DNA from: Mytilus trossulus
Taxonomy: Eukaryota
NCBI RefSeq assembly: GCF_036588685.1
Contig: NC_086385.1
Location: 15,399,216 to 15,463,215 of the forward strand
Reading direction: 5' to 3'
Length of the DNA stretch: 64,000 nucleotides
Below, piece by piece: positions 25,078 through 36,852 of this stretch. How positions within the stretch are numbered: the first letter of the stretch is position 1; each line of letters opens with the position of its first letter. A model generated the notes under the pieces. It saw only the letters and a list, made by a program, of their open reading frames with translations. It was not told the origin of the DNA and searched no databases. A program made the position numbers and the translations under genes.

Positions 25078-26290
25078 AGAAAATTCACTCACTATATACT
25101 GTTGGTGTTAATCCACGAGGGATGAGTGCCTTAACTAATAACTTGATATGGAAAAGAGTTATTCTTACAACTGCACTTTATGGATGTGAAACTTGGGGTC
25201 AGCTACCCTACCGTGAAACTGAAATGTTGGAAATAACTCAAAGATATTTCGTCAGATTTATACTAATGATGGATAAACGTAGTCCGACTGACTCTTGTAT
25301 TAGTAATGTTGGTTTGTGGTCTGTCGAAGGATATACTGATAAAATGAAACTTTTGTTTTTTGGGAGACTGTGTCGTGCAAAATCGACAACAATACATAAA
25401 CGGATGTTTAATTTTCGTATGGGACAAATATTAACTGGTGAGGCCAGTCAAATTTCATTGACTTACGATTATATCAAAATTTTGATAAAATATGATTTTG
25501 ATTCTTTTGTTGAAAACTTTGTGGCTGAAATTTTTTTTCCAGACAAGCTACTGTGGAGCAAAATTGTAAAACAGACTTTAGACATATACGAAGAAAACAA
25601 ATGGAAACACTCAGTTGAACGGCGACCAGAACTTAAGCGGTACCATAAAATACATACTTGTTTGACGGAGCATCGTTTGTTACGACTAGCGGTAACTTAT
25701 CCATCACTAAATTCAAAATTTATGACGCTTGTGAAATTAGGAGCCATAGCTATTCAAACAGGCAAATGCTCCTTGTGTAACTTATATAATACGGATATAC
25801 TTATGCATTATATACTTTGCTGTACATCTCTTTTACAAATTCGGACAGAAATGTTCTACAAAATTGTTGATATTCTTGACGTAGAGGATTCCGTTCGTTT
25901 CTTTAATCAAGATAATGACGAAATTGTCGAGTCGTTACTTGGAAGTATGAATCATACCATGCAAACTATAAATAGTGATGTATGGAGCCTCTTGATGTGC
26001 CACATAGCAGATTATATGTATAAACTATATCAGGTCTTCAATTATGATCTTTATAGTCACATATTTGATCTTAACTTATGTTGTTCTTGTATGAAGTTGG
26101 TGCATTATAGACGTTTTGTTTTTGACTCTATTTCCTATGTAATTATGTAACTACCTATAGACTTTTTTTATTGCTGTTTGTATACTTTGATGTTGTTTAG
26201 AATATGTAAATATGTTAGTGTTATGTTCTTGATTCTGTTCTTATAATATAAATTGTAAAATCTTCATATTATGGAGGAAATAAAGATAAT
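25078..26290 (+). mobile_element. 5'-truncated non-LTR retrotransposon (LINE): C-terminal, post-RT part of ORF2 (ORF 25122-26150) plus 3'UTR
   Basis: LYGCETW motif, KLLFFGRL, C-terminal CSLC...H.ILCC zinc finger; no RT catalytic motifs; frame open upstream to ~25077; ends with AATAAA. Confidence 0.82.
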
Positions 26291-26816
26291 AAATCATATT
26301 TATCAAGTATTAATATATTGTTCTAATGTCTTTCTTTCTTTGAAAACAAAACGAGGCAAACCGGAAACACGAAGTCACATGACGTAGTATGAACGGACGT
26401 AGACCCCATATACACAACACTAATGACTACTATATATCTTAAGTCGAAGTCCGTCGGAAATATCTCGAATTTATAGGTTTAAGAATTATTCGAAAATTAT
26501 AATGGATAAAGTGATTATTGATGATAAACGAATCTCCCAAGCTAATGCCCATCTTGTAAGTGAATAATGGCGATCATAAATAATAATAACTTGTATCATT
26601 ACCCCGATAATTCCATATACACATGCGATGTTGTTTATTAATGATATACCAATCTGATTTTAAACTCTAAAGATCATATTACTGGGAGATCAAACTTAGC
26701 AGTTTAAGGATTCACACCAGGTAGGCATTTTGTGTATGTTTTTGTAAACATCCAGTGAGAGGTATTTCACTGAACAAGTCATATAATCATACTATTGTAT
26801 TTGGTAATGTCACAAA

Positions 26817-27080
26817 ATCACCAAACGCACGTGTAAAAACCCAAACAGTCATTTTTTGCGTTTGATTAAGAATTTACTTATCAGCATCACCGAACGCACA
26901 AGTAAAAACCCTTACAGTATTTTTATTGCGTTTGATTTAGAATTTACTTTTCAGAATCACACAACGCACATGTAAAAACCTGAACAGTACATTTTTTGCG
27001 TTTGATTTAGAATATACTGAAGTATCACCGCACTCACATTTAAAAACATTAAGACCGTATTTTTTTTCGTTTAATTTAAA
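26817..27080 (+). repeat. ~69-bp diverged tandem repeat, ~4 copies
   Basis: ATCACC.AACGCAC..GTAAAAACC...CAGTA.TTTTTTGCGTTTGATTTAGAAT recurring. Confidence 0.8.
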
Positions 27081-27829
27081 ATTAACCTATGAGCAAATTG
27101 GAATTCAAGTGACTCGGAGGGACGGAGCGCTTTTTCGAGTTTGCGGAAATCTCATATGGTACATGTATCACAAAAAATCAATCCAAAAGTACATGTGGAA
27201 ATGTCTTAACTTCAAAATAAGCCATTAGAAAAACCCAAGTTAACGATAAAGACAATTAAATTGAAGAAATTTTCACAATATAAATAAACTGCCTTCGATA
27301 AATTGATTTAGCATGTTGACTCAAATGTCTATTACTCTATTTCAGCCTCTGACCTTCTTCTCTTGGTCTTCACTGGTCTAAAACAATCGCGAAAGAATTT
27401 AAACAGAGACCATCATATAAATGTCATTAACCTAAAGTTCAATAAAGACCTAATCACATCAATATTCTACCGAGGACTTCATTGACGAAGTCCTAATTCG
27501 CAGTCAATACGGATGGGGGCGTTAAACACGAAATCTCGCGAATATCACGCTTCTTAAAGTATATCTAAATTGATACTTATCAAATTACATGAAAGAGGTG
27601 ATGTATCCAAATCATTTTTCCCACGACTTAATTCTCATAAAATAAACCAGTAATCCCTTGGAACTAAGTCTTTATTAGATGCATGATTTTTTGTAGTAGT
27701 TGTCAGTAACTGCGAATACTCTCAGGTCAGTACTATATTGTAATTTTGTTGTTCGGATATACAATTACCCGGGCGCGTCCCCTCTGTGTTATTTCTAGGC
27801 GTGTAACCTAGAAATGCATGGGTTACACT

Positions 27830-28140
27830 CCATAATTCCGACAGCCATTAGTCCGACAGCCATTTGTTTCGACAACCCCTTAGTCCGACAACCCATTAGT
27901 CCAACAACCATTTAGTCGAAAACTCATTAGTCCGACAATCCATTTGTCCGCAAACCCATTAGTCCGACAACCCATTAGTCAACAACCCATTAGTCGAAAA
28001 CCCATTAGTCCGACAATCCATTAGTCCGACAACCCAATATTCCGACAATCCATTGCTCTGATATCCCATTAGTCCAACAACTCATATATCGACAACCCAT
28101 TGCTCCGACAGCCCAATATTCCGACAACCCGTTAGTCACG
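27830..28140 (+). repeat. ~17-bp tandem repeat (CCCATTAGTCCGACAA)n, probably the subterminal array of a DNA transposon
   Basis: About 18 diverged copies; one inverted copy (GTCGGACTAACGG) at ~32408. Confidence 0.85.
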
Positions 28141-29741
28141 ATAACCAACATTTAGTGCAACTGTTCTTTCTTGGGTACACAAAGCGTGTTTTTATAAAAT
28201 AATCGGATAGACATGCATAGCGCCTTTTGTGTTTTTTATAAAGTACTGCATATTTTCTTTATCTTATTGCACAGTAATGTTGAGGTAGTTGAATCATTTT
28301 GACAGACATCTTTTTTTGTTCGGATTTTTTCCGCGTTTTGAAAATTCAGCGATTTTTTTCACAAATTCTAAGGTAGAATTTACATTTAATTACATTCACG
28401 ATCCGGTACCAGAGCTTTCAAATTAGTCTCGCAATACTTGACCACCGTTAGATATTTTTCACGATCATTTCACTCGATAAACCGAATGACACCCGTGGAT
28501 GTTGACCATGCAAGAGGGTGGAAATAACTAAGAGGATGTCACGGGTTGTACTGTACCATGGTTAAAACTGCACACTGACAGGGGTAAAAACATTTATAAC
28601 CCTTTTAACTCAAACCACAATATGAAACTGTTTTAACTTCAAGTGATCATTATAAACTCTTATAACATCAAAAAACAAGTATGTTTAGATAACAATTAAC
28701 TTTATTATTATTCATAATTTTATAATACACAGAATGTTTATTACACCTGGTATAATGATATTTATCGAGGCCTTATATTAAATAGAAAGGTGTTTGTTTG
28801 GCGGATGGTAAATTTCTTTTCAAAAGGAATGATTATATATGAGCTTAGCCAGATAAAATTGATCTTATTCATAAATAATTTCATTTTGGAAATTTCATCT
28901 TCTGATTGACTAAAGTAACTGGTTGTTTTGTTTATCAGCTCATAGACATAATTTGGTCATATGACTGTGACTTCATCAACATTTTTTCATGGTTTATTCC
29001 GGTTAATAATGGAATTTAAATCAGAATTAAATTAAGAAATGACTATAATATTTTTTTCTGTATGTTCGACATAACATAAAAAATGTGGTGCACACTTGAC
29101 GTGGGTTATTCAGTGTGCACCACATTTTTTATATATTTCGAATAGACAGAAAAAATATTATAGTCATTCATTAAATAAATGAATATCAATCCATCTGAGT
29201 TAACCAATTGCAGGTGGAAAAAATTTCTAGTGTAACTGTTTGAAAATGGAGTTGATATAAGAAAACTACAAACCAGTCAAACATTCATCTTTTATTTGGT
29301 AATTGTATGTTCCAAAATGAATTATCAGTCTAGGACATGTATATATATCTTTATTCTCATCACCAAATACAGAGGTAGAGAGAAGACATGCATGCATGTT
29401 TTTATATCGGTGAACGTTTCACGGTGTTCCGGTATTTGAAAGCCCCTTTTGGTGTCAGACCACCAATTACTCCCTCAGATTTAGACCTTAAAAGTAGCCC
29501 TACTCTGACACAAAATAGTGCTTTGAATGTCCTTGTTTACTTTACTTCAACTTACCAACAAATTTGCAGAAATGAAACTTTTGGAGTAAGAGAAACTCGA
29601 TCATTTAGACCATTTTGAGCCATCATTTACTTGTCTATGAGTTTGTCATGAATTAAAAATTGAGGATTAATGCATTTTACTTTGGACTTTTTGAGGAGTA
29701 ATGCGCTTTGTTTAGCCTTTTTATAACAATTATTGATTCGA

Positions 29742-29785
29742 GCGTCACTGATGAGTCTTTTTCAGGAGAAACGCGCATCTGGCGT
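29742..29785 (+). ncRNA. Degenerate minimal hammerhead ribozyme motif
   Basis: gcgtca-CTGATGA-gtctttttcagga-GAAA-cgcgca-TC-tggcgt: stem I intact, stem II disrupted. Confidence 0.6.
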
Positions 29786-30220
29786 GAATTTTAAATTTTA
29801 ATCCTGGTATCTACATGCATGATGTGTTTATTTTCATAGTATACTAATTTTAGATTTCCAGAAAACCAGACGTTATTTCTGGAGTACCTCTTTTTGAAAG
29901 GTCAGTTTTTTTTCTTAGAAGGCTTTAAAGATATGTTGAAAATTGGCATGCAAAGAGATGATACATATACTAATTAGGATATACCTGGTTTTATGAAGTT
30001 AAACTCTTAAAAATTTTGAGAAATTTCTATGAAAATTGAAAAATTCGGTTGAACATGCAGGTATGGAAATTTTATTGGTGGACACCTTTTCGGAATAGCT
30101 ATAGATCCGCACAACTGCTACTTGTTAGATTTGTTTTGTTAACCTGTTTATGCATGATTCAGTGTTTGTCGTTTGTTGGTTGATGTTGTTCATAAATGTT
30201 TTTCGTTTCTCGTTTTTATT

Positions 30221-31432
30221 TATAAATAATTACATTAGATGTATGTTTCATTATATACATTTGTACGTTATTGTGATTGGCTAACTGCACATCACGTGTT
30301 ATTCCTTCAGCAATTGCATTACTCAATAAAACTTATCATTCATGATAAAACGAGTTCCCACAATAAAGTGCACAGGTGAATTAAAATAAAAAAACGACAA
30401 AGTTCGTGTTTTCATGGTTCTAGCTAAAAAATGTAATTATAAGTATTGAATGCTTCTTTTTGTAACTTTATAGGTTTGTAAAAGCGTTGACCGTGCGCAC
30501 ATTTTTAGAATGAAGCGCTTCCACGATTCATACAAAATGAACTTCGGTCAACGCTTTTACACCCAAATAAAGTTACAAAAAGAAGCTAGTATTGAAACAA
30601 AGAATAGGAACATCGCGAACAGTACGTCGATTGAGCATGCGCTAGACCGTATAAGACACGATATCAGTCTCCAAATTGTTATTTTTTTTAAAATTGGCGT
30701 TTTCTGTGGAAATAAGATAATTTGGAAGAAAAATAAATTAAGAGAGTTCATCACATTTATATGACAATGCTTTCCTAGCTTTTTGGGGGTATTTTTGTAT
30801 TGTTCACACAATTATTGTAATAATTGTAACTAAGGTTGATATGTTCAGAAAATTTTCAATAAGGTAGAAATTAAGTCTTTCGATAAAAAAAAAAGACAGC
30901 AAGCTCTTGTAACACTGAATTAATTTCAAATTGGTGTTTCAACGAATAGTTATCTCTTTTAAATAAATAAATAGTTAAAGTTGCTATGTAAAGTTGCGTC
31001 ATGGCTCAAGCATGTCAAGCATGTAATTTCGTTTTTCTGTAACAAACCGGGTGAAAATCATTTAAGAATTGAATGCTTCTTTTTGTAAATTTATTGGGGT
31101 GTAAAAGCGTTGACCGAAGTACATTTTGTATGAAGCGCGGAAGCGCTTCATACTAAAAATGTGCGCACGGTCAACGCTTTTACAACCCTATAAAGTTACA
31201 AAAAGAAGCATTCAATACTTATAATTACATTTTTTAACTATGATCCTGGAAACACGAATTTTATAAATTTTGTATTTTATTCACCTGTGCACTTTATTGT
31301 AGGACCACGTGCTATCATGAATATAAAGTTTTATTGAGTGATGCAATTGCTTACGGAATAAAAAGTGATGTACAGTTAGCCAATCAAAATAAAGTATTAT
31401 GATGAAAAATACATCTAATGTAATTATTTATA
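30221..31432. mobile_element. Element with ~370-bp inverted arms, each containing its own palindrome
   Basis: TATAAATAATTACATTAGATGTAT... versus ...ATACATCTAATGTAATTATTTATA; arms ~30221-30590 and ~31065-31432. Confidence 0.75.
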
Positions 31433-31514
31433 ATTAACTTTCCGTATTGACAGAATATAATAAAACGGATTTATTCTGCTTGAAATCCCACTTTCACCTC
31501 CTTGTTGGTGTTCA

Positions 31515-32392
31515 GGGCGTATGACATTTGCGCCGATTTTGAAAATGTTCATTCTTTCATTTGCAACGATTTCATTTTTTCATTTGCGCCGATTTTATAT
31601 TTTTCCTAATTGGATTTACAGGTAAGTTACAGGTAAGTTCATACTTTTACATTAGCCGAGCACAGAGTATACAGACAAATCAAGTGACATTGCAATTGGC
31701 AAATGGCTATCCCAATGTTTCGGGTTACCCTAAATGAAATCGATGACTGCTTGTCGTACATTCTTAAACAACATACAAGTACACATTCCATAACAGTCAA
31801 CCAATTTGTGATGGCGTCCATAAAATTAACGAAGGGATAAATTCAACTTCACCATTTGGAACTCTTGGTTTAATAGCTTACTTGTGAGAAAATGCGAGCT
31901 TACTTGTGAGAAAATGCGAGCCCCCACAAGAACGTATGCCAGACAAAGAAAAGATGACCTTCGTTATTGACAATAACGCCAAAATATAGAAAAGACGAAA
32001 TCATAAGAAAGGAATATATTAGATGTGTTGCCTATACATACTCGGTAAGAACAGATTTATGATTTGAATGTATTCCGTATTTATGGATTTGAATGCTGTA
32101 CATATATTTTTAATTCGTCATTTAAGTATAAACAAAGTAAGGAGGAGACAACAGTTATATACATGTTATGATTGACAATTCATAACATGTACAACTGGCT
32201 AACAGAGAAGGTCTTTAATGATAAATGAAAATAACATTACTGGGATGGAGAGTTGTCCCATTGGCACTCATACCACATCTTCTTTTATCATTTCACCTGT
32301 ATTTACCTGTTATTTACCTGTGAAAAAATCGGCGCAAATGAAAAAAAAAATCGGCGCAAATGAAATGCAGATCGGCGCAAATGCAAAACGCC
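31515..32392. mobile_element. MITE with subterminal (CATTTGCGCCGAT) repeats
   Basis: GGCGTATGACATTTGCGCCGAT on the left, ATCGGCGCAAATG x3 + AAAACGCC on the right. A similar degenerate element spans ~14335-15045. Confidence 0.65.
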
Positions 32393-32485
32393 GGAGTAGG
32401 GGGCTTAGTCGGACTAACGGAGAGAGTACTTGTACTTGTAAATAATTAAATAAATTAATAAATTATAAATAAGTATTATCACCTG

Positions 32486-32959
32486 TGTAGCGGGGTTGTT
32501 TCCCTCAGTACAGGTAGAACATATGAAGCCAGTCTTAATCAACTGAGCTAGGGAATCGATTCTTTGGCTTAGTTGGTTAACGCACTGACTGTCACGCAGA
32601 CGACCGGGGTTCGTATCCCGGTGGTGACGATATGAATTTGTAGAGTAGATACGTGCTCTCCGGTTACATTTGGCGCCCAACTAAAATATCCACGATGGTT
32701 ATCTGGTGTATAGCCAGGGTATGTGTTGTTAAGAGTCATAAATAAAGATATGATGACTCTTGTGGTGGGGAAATATGTAGCAGGGTTGCTTCCCCTCAGT
32801 ACAGGTAGAACATATAAAGCCAGTCTTAATCAGCTGAGCTAGGGAATCGATTCTTTGGCTCAGTGGGTTAACGCACTGACTGTCACTCAGACGACCGAGG
32901 TTCGTATCCCGGTGGTGACTATATGAATTTGTAGAGTAGATACGTGCTCTCCGGTTACA
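32486..32959 (+). mobile_element. Terminal-repeat retrotransposon in miniature (non-autonomous LTR element) with a tRNA-Asp-like sequence in each LTR (Helenus-like)
   Basis: LTRs 32486-32668 and 32776-32959, both TG...CA, about 95% identical. PBS TGGCGCCCAAC at 32671-32681; purine-rich tract GTGGTGGGGAAATA before the 3' LTR; 4-bp TSD CCTG at 32482-32485 and 32960-32963. Confidence 0.92.
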
Positions 32960-33793
32960 CCTGTATTTACCTGAGTTTACCTTTCAAATAAATGCACGCA
33001 AATGTGTCTCATAAGCCTTTCTAGGCTGGGTATTTGTCTTATTTTATTATTGTGCAATGTATATTATATAAACTGTATAAACAATCTGTAGACAAGTATG
33101 TGACACTTTAATAAAATAAATTATTATTAATTTATTGTAATCAAAAGCTGCGCGCAAATGTAATGGTAAAGCGCGCAAACGTAATGCACTGATTAATACA
33201 CCTACACCTTATATAATTAGCTAATTTATAATATGTAATATCAAATTGTGTGTAATTAAACCATGGTGTAATCTATATTGATGACAAAGGTGTGATAAAT
33301 AAAATGACAATATTCAATAATTACCGAGCCTAACTGTTAACACAGTTATGGTCCTTGTCATTCGTTTAGCACCTATATACTTATTCATTATACTTACTTT
33401 CTATTATCCGTAAAACCTGACAGTATATTTATTATACGTATGTCATTCATATAGTTCACGATGTATTATAGATCATAAAATGGTAAGTATAGTATACATA
33501 CACTTATTCTTTATTATCAATTTTGATAATTGTTTTTAAAAGTCAATTGCCTACGCTGTATCCACCAATATCTGGGAAAGTTGTTTAAATTTAATTTTGT
33601 TGGGATTGTTTTGTTTTCATTTTTATTTTTGACAGTACCGGTCACTTATGATAGTGGATCTTAATATGGTTTCAGTGGCAATCATACCACATCTTATTTT
33701 AGAGACCTTGGTGGTCGAATGTTATTAGTAGTTTTATTTGTGTAAGAGAAATTCATTCAATTTTAAACCTTTGATGGTAGTTACAATTATGAA

Positions 33794-34160
33794 AAAAGAA
33801 GATGTGGTATGATTGCCAATGAGACGACTCTTCACAAGAGACCAAAATGACACAGCAATTAACAACTATAGGTCACCGTACGGCCTTCAACAATGAGCAA
33901 AGTCCATACCGCATAGTCAGCTATAAAAGGCCCCGAAATGACAATGTCAAACAATTCAAACGAGAAAACTAACGGAATTATTTATAGATATAAGAAGATG
34001 TGGTGTGAGTGCCAATGAGACAACTCTCTATCCAAATAACAATTTTAAAAAAGTAAACCATTATAGGTCAATGTACGGCCTTCAACACGGAGCCTTGGCT
34101 CACACAGAACAACAAGCTATAAAGTGCCCCAAAATTACTAGTGTAAAACCATTCAAACGG
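33794..34160 (+). repeat. Representative copies of the most abundant dispersed repeat family (AAGAAGATGTGGTATGATTGCCAATGAGACAACTCTC...)
   Basis: More than 15 full or partial copies on both strands (e.g. ~447, 4740, 10402, 13310, 13600, 16668, 17810-, 35670-, 40970, 47360); the source of many spurious short ORFs. Confidence 0.85.
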
Positions 34161-36559
34161 GGAATTATGTATATTAACCTCAGTTCAAATAATTACTGCA
34201 CATCAGCAAAAAAAGGGGGTGCTTAAGGGGCCCGGACCCAGTTATGAAGCTACATTGATACTGAACATTGACTAGTTACCTGTTTTACTCCTAAATTAAA
34301 TGTTGTCTAGTTTGGGACCACGCCCCCTTTTTCAAAATCTCGAATTTACAACTGAATAATCCGATAACAAACTTTTTTTCAACAGCCTTTTCATTTTGTA
34401 TTCCGGTCCTGCATTAATGTATATGAATAATATATATTTTCGTGACTTGATGGAGGGAGAGAGTTCTTCATTCATGTGTTAATTTTTTCTCTTTCTTTAT
34501 TTTTGAAATCTCCCATTGTCATCTAAATTCGTTATATTTAAACCGCCCTTAACATTCCATTTTTTTTTTGGCACACTTACAATCTATCTCGAGTCTTATT
34601 TCTTAGCCAAGATTTCTCGAATTTTTTGGTCCATTATCTCAAACAGTGCCCCATTATTTTCTATTCTGTAAACCTCACCGAAAAAGGGAAAAAAATATTC
34701 CCTTGAATTTGACGCATTTTAATGCAGTAAATTATATCTGAGAATTTATCGGGTCAATAGAATTCATATTAGGTGAGGCGAAGCCAAATAATTCCGTATT
34801 GGGACAATTGAACACTGTGTAACGAATTTATCCTGATTTTGTTATATACCATATTATTACATTCAAATTCAATATTAGACAATATCAACCAATTCAATCT
34901 AAAACTGTGAAAAATTAAAAATATTAAAAGCAACTCAATTTTATTTTTTATTAGGGAAATGGTATAGGGGAGAAAATTCCAATTGATGTAATAATTAAGG
35001 GAGATACATCCAATTGACGTAATAAAAAAATGTACAAAAATTTATTAGGACAATATCAGCCAATCAAATTGCGAGAAATTATTACTCTAAATCAGGATAA
35101 TATCGAATTCTACCGAGGATTGCCGAATGATCTTCCTGGTTCTAGAACGTCTGTTGACGACGTATACTGAGTTGAAAGATTATCCTTCCGAGGACGATAT
35201 ACACATGTATTTACATTCCTTAATCAAAACATGACAAGTGTTTATTATATTATTTATTTGTCTGAAAATAAGTTGATTCGGATTAGATAGCCTGACGTCA
35301 TAAAACAAATTATTGTCATGATTTTATGATGGCAGGCTTGTTGATTACGAAGACATTTTTTCTCGTCATTATCAAAAAAAAGAAAAACAAGAAAAAACAT
35401 TGATACGTGTAACACCTGCCGGTTAAGGCTTTGTTCTTTTTCACAGTTTCACGTTTAACACCCTTTTATTTTGGGTAAAATATGAAACTGATGATAACCG
35501 GTATGCTCCTGAAGGCTTATGGGTATATTAAGTGCAGTAACCGTAAAAACTTTGCGGACATCTGATATTTGTAAGGAATTGTAACTATCATGTTTTGTTT
35601 TAGTGTTTTCAGGTACATTATACATGTATCATATGTCATATAGGGTATTATCGAGTACAAGTTTTTGACTATGCGGTATAGGCTTTGCTCATTGTTAAAG
35701 GCCGTACGGTGACCTATAGTTGTTAATGTTTGTGTCATTTTGGTCTTTTGTGGATAGTTGTCTCATTGGCAATCATACCACATCTTCTTTTTTATAATGT
35801 CTCCTTTCTGATTTTAACGGGGGAATGGACGACGGAAAACCCTATTTATTGACTCGATGTTGTCAATTTATTTTAGATAAAAAAAAAAATACTCATACTT
35901 TTTTCAAAATCGACCGTTCTATTATTGTATTCTGAATCCCTTCATAAAAATGAATCACAATTCTAAATCGCAAATAACCACACACAGCAAGTTTAGAAGT
36001 ACAACTGTTATTATTGATTTGTCAGACTTTTCATTCAAATGTCTCACATTGTTATAGCTTGTTAAAACTTGTTAAAAAAATATGATCCATATTGTTATAA
36101 TTGGTTAAAACTTGGTATAACACAGAAACTGTAATTGATCAAAAATTACAATATTGACTCCCGTGTTAGCGACTAGAATATCATTCCAAAATTGAATATA
36201 AAATTATTTGTAAGAAGTATAAAAAAAATAATTAATAAAGAAATATATGTAACGATGTATTTAGCAATTATTGTCCATTGTTAAGCTAATTAGTTAAAAA
36301 CTCTCTTTGACACGCAGATGCGAAGTCTATTATCGGATTAGTAGAACTATACATTTTAAACAAAAAGTAGTTCAATGGAAAAAATAATATATTATAGCTG
36401 ACAATTAAAAAATATAATTAGTAAAGTTCGAAAGATGATAAGTCAAATAGTTGACATGCTTTTCGTCCGTTCATAATTACAGCAAGTCGTATGTAGTTTT
36501 TCGTCTACTATACAGTGATTTTATCAAACTTTATTGGCAATCTGAGAGCCCATATAAAA

Positions 36560-36852
36560 TATTATTGTATAGCAATATAATATTTCCCACAGAAAGCAAC
36601 CAAAAGTTAGCGTGCAATAAATTCTAATATTGCACTAGTGCAATAAATCTTTGAAATTCATGACGTCATCAACATCAAAATCTTAGTTTAAACCGATTTT
36701 TTACTTTCAAATATTATATTGCTATACAATAAAAGGGTTATTGCATGAATATTGGGGAATATTGTCCCTCGTAGAACATATATTGCACTCGCAAGCTCGT
36801 GCAATATAAGATTCTACTCGGGACAATATTCCCCAATATTCATGCAATAACC
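36560..36852. repeat. Palindromic MITE-like repeat
   Basis: TTATTGCATGAATATTGGGGAATATTGTCCC...GGGACAATATTCCCCAATATTCATGCAATAA hairpin, plus outer TTATTGTATAGCAATATAATATTT / AAATATTATATTGCTATACAATAA. Confidence 0.7.

Noticed and set aside
32560-32630. Functional tRNA-Asp gene
   Set aside because: Acceptor and anticodon stems do not pair properly, and it sits inside both LTRs of a mobile element.
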